Source: a virus
Lineage: Duplodnaviria > Heunggongvirae > Uroviricota > Caudoviricetes
DNA: 64,000 nt
Strand: one strand, 5' to 3'
IMG/VR virus record: IMGVR_UViG_3300031957_002393
Location: 20,373-84,372 of that record
In this document: one piece after another, positions 36,597 to 44,410 of the stretch
Position numbering within the stretch: position 1 is the stretch's first letter
How the letters are laid out: every line of letters starts with the position of its first letter
Notes under the pieces: model-generated
Told to the model about the DNA's origin: nothing
Database searches by the model: none
The model's input: only the letters and a program-made list of their open reading frames with translations
Position numbers and translations under genes: made by a program

Positions 36597-37003
36597 TCGA
36601 ACCATCGCGAGAAACTGATCGCTGGTTTACATTCGGTCAGTTTACGAAGGGCATTTACTGCCGTGGTTACGTGTACGTGAAGACGGAAAGTGCTGCCCTT
36701 GCACGAGCCCTGGCCCGTGAAGCTGTGGAAGAGTCTGTCGTGAGCATCGCGACTGCTGCTAAGCTGCCTGATTCTAAAGGTCTGCATGCTGTGTGCCTGT
36801 ACGTTCCTGGCAATGGTCACACCGATGGGGTAGAGGCTTGGTTCCGTGAGGTCATCGGCACCTTGATTGACGAGAATTCTGTGAACGATCGCCTTGCGGA
36901 ACCGAAGTGGGTGGGTTATCGTAGCACACGTAACAGTAAGCAAGCGAAAGGCAAAGTGCCCGAGGTTGTCTACAAGAACCGTCGTAGCCGGAGGGAAACA
37001 TGA
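36593..37003 (+). CDS. hypothetical protein (136 aa)
   Basis: ATGA overlap chain 36593/37000. Confidence 0.4.
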   Translation: MIEPSRETDRWFTFGQFTKGIYCRGYVYVKTESAALARALAREAVEESVVSIATAAKLPDSKGLHAVCLYVPGNGHTDGVEAWFREVIGTLIDENSVNDRLAEPKWVGYRSTRNSKQAKGKVPEVVYKNRRSRRET

Positions 37004-37281
37004 GTCATCTACACCGCACCGCAAAGTCCCTGGTCGCAGCTACCAAAGGCTTTGAACGCGACACTGTGCTCACAGGCGCTTGCCGTAGCGTTGAGGGTCT
37101 TGTCGAGCGAATCGACTACACGCCACCAGAATGTAAGGCTGAGGCAAAGTGGCTTGCGCTTCGTAGGCTACAGTCGATTCGTAACCGCATGGACGAGAAA
37201 GACTTTGCATGGCACAAGCGACCTGAATACAGTGCTGTTGTAGCGGCGATGGATTCGCTTACCTCACAGCTCATGGAGTGA
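37000..37281 (+). CDS. hypothetical protein (93 aa)
   Basis: Overlapping start/stop. Confidence 0.4.
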   Translation: MSHLHRTAKSLVAATKGFERDTVLTGACRSVEGLVERIDYTPPECKAEAKWLALRRLQSIRNRMDEKDFAWHKRPEYSAVVAAMDSLTSQLME

Positions 37282-37284
37282 ACC

Positions 37285-37527
37285 ATGCCCCATAGCCACG
37301 GCTACTATGTCCTTCCATGGACGCCTATTGATCAACGACGTAAGGAGACGGAAAACCAAAAGAGTGTCTCCCAGTGGATCGAAGAACTCAAGGAATTGGA
37401 GAAGGCGGTAAAAGCGAAGCAAGCAAAGAAGATCGCAGCAAGCAAAAAGAACTTGCCTCCTGAGCACCGACCAGTTAACCTCAACAAAGAACTAGCACTG
37501 CGCATCCTGCGCCTACAAGGAGAGTGA
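37285..37527 (+). CDS. hypothetical Lys-rich protein (80 aa)
   Basis: Short spacing operon. Confidence 0.35.
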   Translation: MPHSHGYYVLPWTPIDQRRKETENQKSVSQWIEELKELEKAVKAKQAKKIAASKKNLPPEHRPVNLNKELALRILRLQGE

Positions 37528-37530
37528 ACC

Positions 37531-37824
37531 ATGTCTGTTTCTACCATCAAGGCTGTGTGGACCAAGAGTGACGCAACCCGTGAAGCCGAGGACCTTGACC
37601 TCGCCATCGATCTCTTCCGCGCCGAAGCCGACCGTGCCATCACTGTCGCTCGTGGTGACCTTCGCCGAGCCCAGCGTGCCTACACCAAGACGCTTGAGGC
37701 CGCCCGTATCGATCCCAACTTCGACAAGATCGTCACCGCTAGACTCGATGTCAAGGCTGCGGAACTGACCCTCAAGGAAGCTGTAGCTCTTCGCTCTGAG
37801 CTGTTCACTGTTGAGAGTGAGTGA
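37531..37824 (+). CDS. hypothetical protein (97 aa)
   Basis: Short spacing operon. Confidence 0.35.
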   Translation: MSVSTIKAVWTKSDATREAEDLDLAIDLFRAEADRAITVARGDLRRAQRAYTKTLEAARIDPNFDKIVTARLDVKAAELTLKEAVALRSELFTVESE

Positions 37825-38309
37825 TGTTTGCCGTAGGTGACATCGTTGAGCCTAATTACGACAGATCCAATTGGCCCGTGCCTTCATGGTTTTGTCGAGC
37901 GCAACAAGCCAAGATTGTCGCTGTAAACAACGGCTCAGCTTCGATTCAAGTCACTGAGGGTTTGTGGAAAGACTACGTGATCGAAGCTAACTTCGCGTTG
38001 CTAAAGCACGCACAGTTGATTCCTGTAACCGTTACGCCGCAACAACTCACAGACGTGAAGCAGCGGTACCCTGATCAACAGGCTTTCGTCGATAACGATC
38101 CACTGTTTCGTGCGATCATGCAGGCTGATCTTAAAACCTTGGGCGTGGTGTGGGACAGCGTTACCCACTGGCGTGACGAGATTCCTGCGGGTATGCGCGC
38201 TAAGTGCGTTATGCGCGCTAAGTGCGTAAAGTTGACGCATCGGGAGAAGCTGATGTCGCCCTACCGAAAGCGCGAATACACGGTTGCAACCATCCTCATG
38301 CTGAGTTAA
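37821..38309 (+). CDS. hypothetical protein (162 aa)
   Basis: ATGA overlap with previous. Confidence 0.4.
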   Translation: MMFAVGDIVEPNYDRSNWPVPSWFCRAQQAKIVAVNNGSASIQVTEGLWKDYVIEANFALLKHAQLIPVTVTPQQLTDVKQRYPDQQAFVDNDPLFRAIMQADLKTLGVVWDSVTHWRDEIPAGMRAKCVMRAKCVKLTHREKLMSPYRKREYTVATILMLS

Positions 38310-38354
38310 CTTCTACCCCCCGGGCGAAAGCACCTCGGTGCCGTAGCCCCTCGA

Positions 38355-38425
38355 TGGCGCATCGTCTAACGGCAAGGCCCTGGTTTTTGGCACCAGTGAT
38401 GAGGGTTCGAGTCCTTCTGCGCCAG
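38355..38425 (+). tRNA. tRNA-Gln(UUG)
   Basis: Hand-folded: acceptor TGGCGCA/TGCGCCA (U1-A72 as in bacterial tRNA-Gln), AC stem CTGGT/ACCAG, loop TTTTGGC, T-arm GAGGG-TTCGAGT-CCTTC. Confidence 0.65.
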
Positions 38426-38473
38426 CTCTTGTGGGTTCAGTCAACGCTTGCTACGGGAAGGCAGGTACCTTAT

Positions 38474-38542
38474 GGGGTGATAGCTTAATGGAGAGCGGCA
38501 GGCGGCCACCTGCAGGTGAGGGTTCAAGTCCCTCAAACCCCT
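38474..38542 (+). tRNA. degenerate tRNA-like element (possible tRNA pseudogene; anticodon unclear)
   Basis: Good T-arm GAGGG-TTCAAGT-CCCTC and D-loop TAGCTTAATGG but acceptor has 2 mismatches and anticodon loop is 6 nt (GCAGG-CGGCCA-CCTGC). Confidence 0.3.
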
Positions 38543-38546
38543 TCGT

Positions 38547-38620
38547 GATTCTGTAGCTCAGTTGGTTAGAGCGGCTGATTGTTAATCAGCGGGTCGGAGG
38601 TTCGAGTCCTCCCAGAATCG
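38547..38620 (+). tRNA. tRNA-Asn(GUU)
   Basis: Acceptor GATTCTG/CAGAATC, D-loop TAGCTCAGTTGGTTAGAGC, AC stem GCTGA/TCAGC loop TTGTTAA, T-arm GGAGG-TTCGAGT-CCTCC. Confidence 0.8.
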
Positions 38621-38625
38621 CTTTT

Positions 38626-38698
38626 GGTTGTCAAGCTCAGTTGGCGGAGCGCTGGTCTGAAGCACCAGAGGTGCGGGGTTCGATTCCCCGGGCAACCA
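38626..38698 (+). tRNA. tRNA-Phe(GAA)
   Basis: Acceptor GGTTGTC/GGCAACC (one G-U), AC stem CTGGT/ACCAG loop CTGAAGC, T-arm CGGGG-TTCGATT-CCCCG. Confidence 0.75.
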
Positions 38699-38722
38699 TT
38701 TTCTTTTAGGGAGCAATGAAAC

Positions 38723-39097
38723 ATGTACAAGCAGGTACTCATCTATCGACGTGACCTCAAGATGCGGAAGGGTAAGATTGCGGCGCAGTGTGCTCATGCC
38801 GCAGTGAGGTTGTGTGTCCAGTGTTTCACGTCGTCATTCACTGGCATCGATCGGTTGAGGGAATGGTACCATAGCGGCCAGAAGAAGATCGTGCTCAGCG
38901 TCGACACCCTTGAGGAGCTGTACGAGTTGCAGGCCCAGGCGGCTGTTGCAGGGCTACGCAACGCCATCGTGACTGATACAGGTGCGACGGAGTTTCACGG
39001 GGTAGCTACGGTCACTGTACTCGGCATCGGTCCCTGTACAGATGAAGAAGTCGATCCGATCACTCGCAATGGTGATGTTGCAACAAAGCTCGCATGA
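38723..39097 (+). CDS. pth2: peptidyl-tRNA hydrolase, PTH2 family
   Basis: KQVLIYRRDLKMRKGKIAAQCAHAAV matches PTH2 signature (human PTRH2 ...[21 protein letters not shown]...); SD GGGAG; sits between tRNA genes. Confidence 0.75.
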   Translation: MYKQVLIYRRDLKMRKGKIAAQCAHAAVRLCVQCFTSSFTGIDRLREWYHSGQKKIVLSVDTLEELYELQAQAAVAGLRNAIVTDTGATEFHGVATVTVLGIGPCTDEEVDPITRNGDVATKLA

Positions 39098-39117
39098 GGT
39101 TATGATTACATTAACAC

Positions 39118-39190
39118 GGGCCCCTAACTCAATCGGTAGAATACCGTCTTTTTAAGTCGGGGGTTGTGGGTTCGAGTCCCACGGGGCCCA
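39118..39190 (+). tRNA. tRNA-Lys(UUU)
   Basis: Acceptor GGGCCCC/GGGGCCC, AC stem CCGTC/GTCGG (one mismatch) loop TTTTTAA, T-arm GTGGG-TTCGAGT-CCCAC. Confidence 0.6.
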
Positions 39191-39219
39191 TTACTCACAT
39201 AAACCAAAGGATCCATACA

Positions 39220-39855
39220 ATGCAAGGCACTACCATTCACCGCAACCTCCACCGCTGCCACCACCCTAACCTCAGCAGTATTCATGTTGCCCCTGGTGTA
39301 CGAGCGTTTATCGCATCTGGTGATGGGGTTTCGCTGTTCCATCCATCAGGCGCATTCAGTGTTGCGGCCCATGGGCATCGCACGGACATCGATCTGATTG
39401 TGTTGCAAGGTAGCTTGATCAACTGGCTTATGTGGCCAGGTATGTGTGTCGAAGCCAAACCTCATCACTTGGGGTTGTATGAGTTTGATTACGTGTCGGG
39501 CTTGATGTCTGGTGATGCCCCCGAGTTTAAGCCTACGGGATCTGTGCTTCATAGCTCTGCACCTAAAGCCTACTGGCTGCGCCTAGGCATGGGTATGCCG
39601 CTCGGGGCCGATGAGGTGCACACGGTTAGTTGTACGTCCGATGCTATCTGGTTGGTAGTTGAGCGACAGGAGCGACCAGTGCCACGAAAGGTGTACAGCC
39701 CAGTGAACACTGTTGCATCTTACAAGGATCTATATCAGACAATGTCTGATGAAGAGGCACGCGCTTATCTTAGGATCGTGCGAGGTCTTTGCGGCAAGCT
39801 GCGTAAAAAAGATTACACTCTCAACGACATTGACCTTCGCACGGAGCACGCATGA
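39220..39855 (+). CDS. hypothetical protein (211 aa)
   Basis: ATG 39220 with SD AAAGGA 9 nt upstream. Confidence 0.4.
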   Translation: MQGTTIHRNLHRCHHPNLSSIHVAPGVRAFIASGDGVSLFHPSGAFSVAAHGHRTDIDLIVLQGSLINWLMWPGMCVEAKPHHLGLYEFDYVSGLMSGDAPEFKPTGSVLHSSAPKAYWLRLGMGMPLGADEVHTVSCTSDAIWLVVERQERPVPRKVYSPVNTVASYKDLYQTMSDEEARAYLRIVRGLCGKLRKKDYTLNDIDLRTEHA

Positions 39856-40505
39856 ACAAGATCACTCCCCCCTACCCTACGCTACCCGAGTGGGTTGAAG
39901 CGAACAAGCCGAAGGATGAAATGCTGTGGAAGGGGGCATTTGAGCAAAGTGTTCTACGAATGATCGCGCTTACATCTTGGTGTGAAGCCGTTAAGGCACC
40001 TGCTCTGGTTGTCAGCACGCATACGTCCAAGTCGATCACGTTGCCCGTCATTCGATTCCAAACGGATCACGCTGCGTGGTGGATGCGTGATAACTTACAC
40101 GATGTAGAGCTTGCGTTCATGGCTGATCGCCCGATCAACGTTGACCTATCGGGCATCTTTCACTACATGAGTGCCGTCGATTATACGGCGGCGTTGAAGC
40201 GTGCTCGCGGTTGGCATGAGCGCCACGCCAAAGACAGCGAGTCGCTGCGCGATGTCAAACAGGGGTGGCTGCTCAAGTACCCCGACAACCTGGGCTGGTA
40301 CGAGCAGTACGGGGGCGGCAAGCTGGTGCGAGTTGGTGAGGCGGGGAGCCCGGAGGCTGTCTACTATATCCTTAGTAGGTGTTACAGACAGGGCATGGAG
40401 TATCTTGGCCTGCGGGACTGGTGCCCGGGCATGGCGGGAGGTACGATCTCTGTTGACGCCGATCGCGCCATGAAGTTTGTTGCAGCCTTCGAGTCGACCT
40501 GTTAA
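39852..40505 (+). CDS. hypothetical protein (217 aa)
   Basis: ATGA overlap with upstream gene. Confidence 0.4.
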   Translation: MNKITPPYPTLPEWVEANKPKDEMLWKGAFEQSVLRMIALTSWCEAVKAPALVVSTHTSKSITLPVIRFQTDHAAWWMRDNLHDVELAFMADRPINVDLSGIFHYMSAVDYTAALKRARGWHERHAKDSESLRDVKQGWLLKYPDNLGWYEQYGGGKLVRVGEAGSPEAVYYILSRCYRQGMEYLGLRDWCPGMAGGTISVDADRAMKFVAAFESTC

Positions 40506-40551
40506 ACTACTTTCAGGCCCCGATGGCGGAATAGGTAGACGTACGGGCCTT

Positions 40552-41240
40552 TGAGGAGCAATATGACATTGTACGCCGGCTATCGACTTAACGGGCCGTA
40601 TCTTCGACCTGATGGACGTAAGCACTTGGTAGTGGTTAAGCCCAACGGAAAGAAGACGACGCTATCTTACCCTAAGTATCTAATGGAGATGCACTTGGGC
40701 AGGTACTTGCTGCCTAATGAGTCGGTTGATCACATCAACAAGGACTTTACGGATGACAGGCTAGAGAATCTACAGGTTCTCACCCATTCCGAACACGCCC
40801 AACTTGATGCGAAAAGGCTGGTAGCTCAAACTTTTGAATGCCCTTGGTGTGAAAAGGAGTTTGAGCTTGTGGGCAAGAAGTTGTCTTACGCACTATCTAA
40901 CAGAAAGAGAGGCAAAGCTGGACCTTTCTGTGGTAGGAGCTGTGCGGGTAAATACGGCGCTTCCGTGCAAAACGGAGGTAAGCCTATTGCCTGTACCTTG
41001 ATTACTCCAGAGTACACTTGTCATAAGTTCACACAGAGCCTCAATCAAGAAACTGATTGAGTGGACGGCGCTAAGTCGGGGAAACCTTAACAGGTAACGC
41101 TGATGGCAATCCCGAGCTAACCCTAAAGGGTGAGTGTAGAGACTTTACACGCCGCACCTAAAGCTATTAGCTAAGGTGAAGAGAAAGTCCAGACTACAAA
41201 CAAACAGCTTGCGTTTGGCTACGAAAGTAGTAGTGGTAAG
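40552..41240 (+). mobile_element. group I-like intron (689 nt) in tRNA-Leu anticodon loop, carrying HNH homing endonuclease ORF
   Basis: Inserted after U34 (U at -1) and ends with G (41240), as for group I introns; 3' 180 nt contain GGGAAACC and AGACTA core-like strings; same insertion site as cyanobacterial/plastid trnL(UAA) intron. Confidence 0.55.
40563..41060 (+). CDS. HNH homing endonuclease (intron-encoded)
   Basis: ATG 40563 with SD GAGGAG; DHINKDFTDDRLENLQVLTHSEHAQ = HNH motif; C-terminal Cys cluster CPWC...CGRSC (zinc finger). Confidence 0.75.
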   Translation: MTLYAGYRLNGPYLRPDGRKHLVVVKPNGKKTTLSYPKYLMEMHLGRYLLPNESVDHINKDFTDDRLENLQVLTHSEHAQLDAKRLVAQTFECPWCEKEFELVGKKLSYALSNRKRGKAGPFCGRSCAGKYGASVQNGGKPIACTLITPEYTCHKFTQSLNQETD

Positions 41241-41336
41241 AAAAGCCTGTGGCCGATCGGTCGTGTGGGTTCGATTCCCACTCGGGGCACCATTCACACA
41301 AGGGCTGTTAAGCCCGCAACCCAAGGAGACATGCTA

Positions 41337-41984
41337 ATGCATGCGCTATTTCGTTTCGCTCTCCCTGCTGCCCTACTTGTGGCAGCTACAACCGCACCGA
41401 CAGCCGCTGAGGCAGCCACGCCAGAGCCGTGGGCATCCATGCCGATGGGCGATCAGATCAGTTGGCTCCTCCAGTACAACCTTGCGCTGGCGTCTGGCTC
41501 TTGGGCTCGCGTGTGGGCTATCGTCAACGCTTTCGCTGAAGAGATGGGCCTGTCCTACCTTGAAGCCAAGGCCGCGCTGGAAGCCGCTGCTCCAGACTTC
41601 TTCGTCAACGGCAACCTACCTCACCTCATGATCAACATCAACGTGCCTGATGCTGTGCTGAAGCCTGGATGGGATCATGCCCCTCCTGACCTAGCTCTGA
41701 ACATTGACTTTGGTGGCGGTGACGGTTATGAGGGCGGAGGCACGGACGTCTATCAGGTTGAGGTGGATTGCCCCGAGCTGGAGGAAAACGATCCGTCGGT
41801 TGAGTGTGATGACAGCGAGGTGTCTATGACCACCTTTGTTGAGCCTGTTGTCGATCTGGACGGCGCTGATTGGTGCGTCATCTCCACTGACCGCGCAGCC
41901 TACTTCATTGACGTTTCGTGTGATCAGGTTATCAACAGTAACGAGCCGGTGCCTGTCACTGGTATCATCTACCCCACGGAGTAA
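41337..41984 (+). CDS. secreted protein with cleavable signal peptide (216 aa)
   Basis: MHALFRFALPAALLVAATTAPTAAEAA signal; SD AAGGAG 8 nt upstream of ATG 41337 (ATG 41331 also possible). Confidence 0.5.
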   Translation: MHALFRFALPAALLVAATTAPTAAEAATPEPWASMPMGDQISWLLQYNLALASGSWARVWAIVNAFAEEMGLSYLEAKAALEAAAPDFFVNGNLPHLMININVPDAVLKPGWDHAPPDLALNIDFGGGDGYEGGGTDVYQVEVDCPELEENDPSVECDDSEVSMTTFVEPVVDLDGADWCVISTDRAAYFIDVSCDQVINSNEPVPVTGIIYPTE

Positions 41985-41987
41985 AGC

Positions 41988-42185
41988 ATGTGGAAGTTCG
42001 CTGAAAACAACCCTGTGCGTTTTGTTGTTATCATTACCATTATCGCTATCGTGGGTGTCGCTATTGCCTCTGTGATTCCGCAGACCGTTGCTGTGATCAC
42101 GGTTACTCCGTATGAGTCCGGTGGAGGCAAGCTACACATGACGGTCGGTGGAGATGAAGGTGTCGACGCCGACGACAACCGATAG
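41988..42185 (+). CDS. small membrane protein, paralog A (65 aa)
   Basis: N-terminal TM helix; C-terminal ESGGGKLHMTVGGDEGVDADDNR shared with next gene. Confidence 0.45.
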   Translation: MWKFAENNPVRFVVIITIIAIVGVAIASVIPQTVAVITVTPYESGGGKLHMTVGGDEGVDADDNR

Positions 42186-42245
42186 GATCGTGGTGGAGCT
42201 TGGCGCCTCTACTGTCAATGTCTCTATCAACAAGAGAGGTGAGTA

Positions 42246-42455
42246 ATGGAAAAGTTTATGCGCAATAGCCCTTTTGCTTTCGTTCTACTCGTGTTCATCG
42301 TTGCGTCTGTGGTTACCAGTGTTTTCGACATGGTAACTATGACGGCCATGGCCGCTATGGGCGTCAACTTTGAGCAGGGCGGAGGCAAGCTTCATGTCTC
42401 CCTGGGGGGTGACACCGATGCATCTACCGAAAGCGACGCCGACGACAACCGATAG
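42246..42455 (+). CDS. small membrane protein, paralog B (69 aa)
   Basis: Same architecture; C-terminal EQGGGKLHVSLGGD...DADDNR; DNA repeat GACGCCGACGACAACCGATAGGATC at both 3' ends. Confidence 0.45.
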   Translation: MEKFMRNSPFAFVLLVFIVASVVTSVFDMVTMTAMAAMGVNFEQGGGKLHVSLGGDTDASTESDADDNR

Positions 42456-42459
42456 GATC

Positions 42460-42570
42460 ATGTCTCTCATTGTAGTAGTATTTTTCTTTGCGATCCTGTT
42501 CGCTCTGGGTTACGCTGCTACAACGAAGACTGAACTGAGGAAGGTACAACAAGGAGCGCTGCTTGCCTAA
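42460..42570 (+). CDS. tiny single-TM peptide (36 aa)
   Basis: MSLIVVVFFFAILFALGYAA...; weak SD; low confidence. Confidence 0.25.
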   Translation: MSLIVVVFFFAILFALGYAATTKTELRKVQQGALLA

Positions 42571-42854
42571 GTTAGAAAGGAGCCTGTGTGTTGGGAAATG
42601 GCCGTGCTGTCACACGGCAATTCGTCATAGGGTGATGGCTCCTGCTGCGTAAGGGCTTACGTGCGTGCACGGGGACGTGCACGGTCGAAGGCGTGAGACC
42701 TTTGTTTGACGGCGGGTGACGAAAGACACCCGTGGAAACCCGTCAAGTACCGTGATTGCGGACGCAGTGACTACAGTTACGCTATAACGGATAGGCTTTG
42801 TGTGCACGTTGAGCCGAACGAGATCCTGCTTGAAGGATCGAACAATGTGCATTT

Positions 42855-42930
42855 GCCGGGTTAGCTCAGTTGGTAGGGCTGTGGTTTTGTAAACCACCGG
42901 TCGTGGGTTCGAGTCCCTCACCCGGCACCA
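42855..42930 (+). tRNA. tRNA-Thr(UGU), CCA encoded
   Basis: Acceptor GCCGGGT/ACCCGGC, D-loop TAGCTCAGTTGGTAGGGC, AC stem GTGGT/ACCAC loop TTTGTAA, T-arm GTGGG-TTCGAGT-CCCTC (one mismatch). Confidence 0.6.
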
Positions 42931-42952
42931 TTTTTTCTCAGAGGAGGGTGTA

Positions 42953-43441
42953 ATGCAGGTAATCATTGATCCCAGTGAATTTGCGTATGCAGACGAAGAC
43001 GGCTTTGAAGATGCTGTAATTCGTGCAGTAGCGTCTCAACTGCTACGTGAACGTACCATGCGTACAGACATTCAAGCTGCTGTCAAGGAGCTGGTGAAGG
43101 AGAAGGTGCGAGATGAGGTGGCTCCCGTGGTGGACAAGGTGATGACGGAGGAGTTTACTGTCGGTGATCGTTGGGGCAGTAAGCGCAAGACTACTGATCT
43201 CCGAGGCGCTATCGGCCACTACGTGGAAGAGGTGATGAAGGAATACGTTGATCACCATGGCCGAACGACTACTACCGGGCGCACTACTCGGGCAAAGTGG
43301 ATGGCCTCTGAGTTCATCGTTAAGGTGGTCAAAGCCGAAGCCAAGAAGCACGCCGATGAAATGGTGAAGGGCGTTAAGGCAAAGGTTCAGAAGGAACTTA
43401 CTTCTGAGATGGGTGATCGGCTAAAGCGGCTGCTACGTTAA
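42953..43441 (+). CDS. hypothetical Lys/Glu-rich protein (162 aa)
   Basis: SD GAGGAGGG. Confidence 0.4.
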   Translation: MQVIIDPSEFAYADEDGFEDAVIRAVASQLLRERTMRTDIQAAVKELVKEKVRDEVAPVVDKVMTEEFTVGDRWGSKRKTTDLRGAIGHYVEEVMKEYVDHHGRTTTTGRTTRAKWMASEFIVKVVKAEAKKHADEMVKGVKAKVQKELTSEMGDRLKRLLR

Positions 43442-43469
43442 CATCGCCTACACTTAAAGGTACAACATC

Positions 43470-44117
43470 ATGCTGATTCGCGTAGACTCCGATGTTGATT
43501 GGATTGTCAAGACTCACAACGTGAGCATGGAGCATTTGACTGGCGGCTCGGAGCTGCAGGCCATGAAAGACTTTCTGCGCCTGGAGGATGAGGGATGGAC
43601 ATTCAACGCAATGAGCCCAAGGATGGCGGCTTACGGTCATATTGAGGTTGCGGAGTTGCCAGTACAATCTATAGTCGACGGTGCTTACCTGCCTGTGATT
43701 GATCGTAAGCATTTACCAGTTCAACGCTATGCTATAACATGGGTATCGAGTGATCGATTGCAGATTGGCAACCGTTACCATCTGATGAGTGAGATCATGC
43801 GGCGCCTTGAGGCATCGGCAGGTGAGCATTCGATGGTGGAGGCTGCCCAGGAGAAGCACCGTCCTCACATGGGGCACATTTGCCGTCAGCTCGTTCACTA
43901 CCCTTGGCGATCGTACACTCGAAAGAAGTTGCGACGCATGCGGTACCATGATATCAAACGAGCGTGGGATCGTCTCTGCGGTAAAGCGTGGCGAGTAAGA
44001 GTAACAAAATTCGCCTACATCGCAGTTGACGTAGAAACCAAAACCTGTTACTACAGCGGATACCTACCACTCGTGATCAAAGTGATCAAAGGAGAAGTGC
44101 CATGTATGCATTCTTGA
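43470..44117 (+). CDS. hypothetical protein (215 aa)
   Basis: ORF after AAAGGTACAACATCATG. Confidence 0.4.
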   Translation: MLIRVDSDVDWIVKTHNVSMEHLTGGSELQAMKDFLRLEDEGWTFNAMSPRMAAYGHIEVAELPVQSIVDGAYLPVIDRKHLPVQRYAITWVSSDRLQIGNRYHLMSEIMRRLEASAGEHSMVEAAQEKHRPHMGHICRQLVHYPWRSYTRKKLRRMRYHDIKRAWDRLCGKAWRVRVTKFAYIAVDVETKTCYYSGYLPLVIKVIKGEVPCMHS

Positions 44118-44407
44118 ACATCATCGAACCTGCTTACCGTCGAGTCGAAGCTGGTGTTGCTACGCTTGATGCCTTCTACGCTAAGCAAGATGCCGTGGGC
44201 AAGGGAGCGATTGTGATCTGCATGGCGGCCACTGCTGTTCTTTCTACCCTTGCCTTTGTGTGGCTTGCGGGCATTCTGCTGAATAAGAACGGCCTGTTCG
44301 CTGCGGCTATCATTGTTTTTGCATGGTCTTTCTGGACGCTTGTGACCAACAGTGTTACTGTCATCATGTCGGCTATGGACAAGGCCGCAAACATCAACAA
44401 GGACTGA
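44102..44407 (+). CDS. small membrane protein (101 aa, 2-3 TM), possible SPFH-operon partner
   Basis: Hydrophobic helices AIVICMAATAVLSTLAFVWLAGILL and AAAIIVFAWSFWTLV; immediately upstream of SPFH gene. Confidence 0.4.
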   Translation: MYAFLNIIEPAYRRVEAGVATLDAFYAKQDAVGKGAIVICMAATAVLSTLAFVWLAGILLNKNGLFAAAIIVFAWSFWTLVTNSVTVIMSAMDKAANINKD

Positions 44408-44410
44408 ACC

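Larger units (their letters stand above)
40517..41292 (+). tRNA. trnL: tRNA-Leu(UAA), split gene: exon1 40517-40551, exon2 41241-41292 (CCA encoded)
   Basis: 5' half GCCCCGA-TG-GCG-GAATAGGTAGA-CGT-A-CGGGC-CTT; 3' half AAAA-GCCTG-[15-nt variable arm GGCCGATCGGTC]-GTGGG-TTCGATT-CCCAC-TCGGGGC-A-CCA. Joined anticodon loop = CTTAAAA; acceptor 7/7 complementary. Confidence 0.7.

Noticed and set aside
41100-41292. 3' end ...GGTTCGATTCCCACTCGGGGCACCA with no matching 5' acceptor nearby looked like a tmRNA or orphan tRNA fragment
   Set aside because: The matching 5' half (GCCCCGA..., 40517-40551) lies upstream of the HNH gene. The locus is better explained as an intron-split tRNA-Leu. No tag-peptide reading frame ending in ...ALAA was found.
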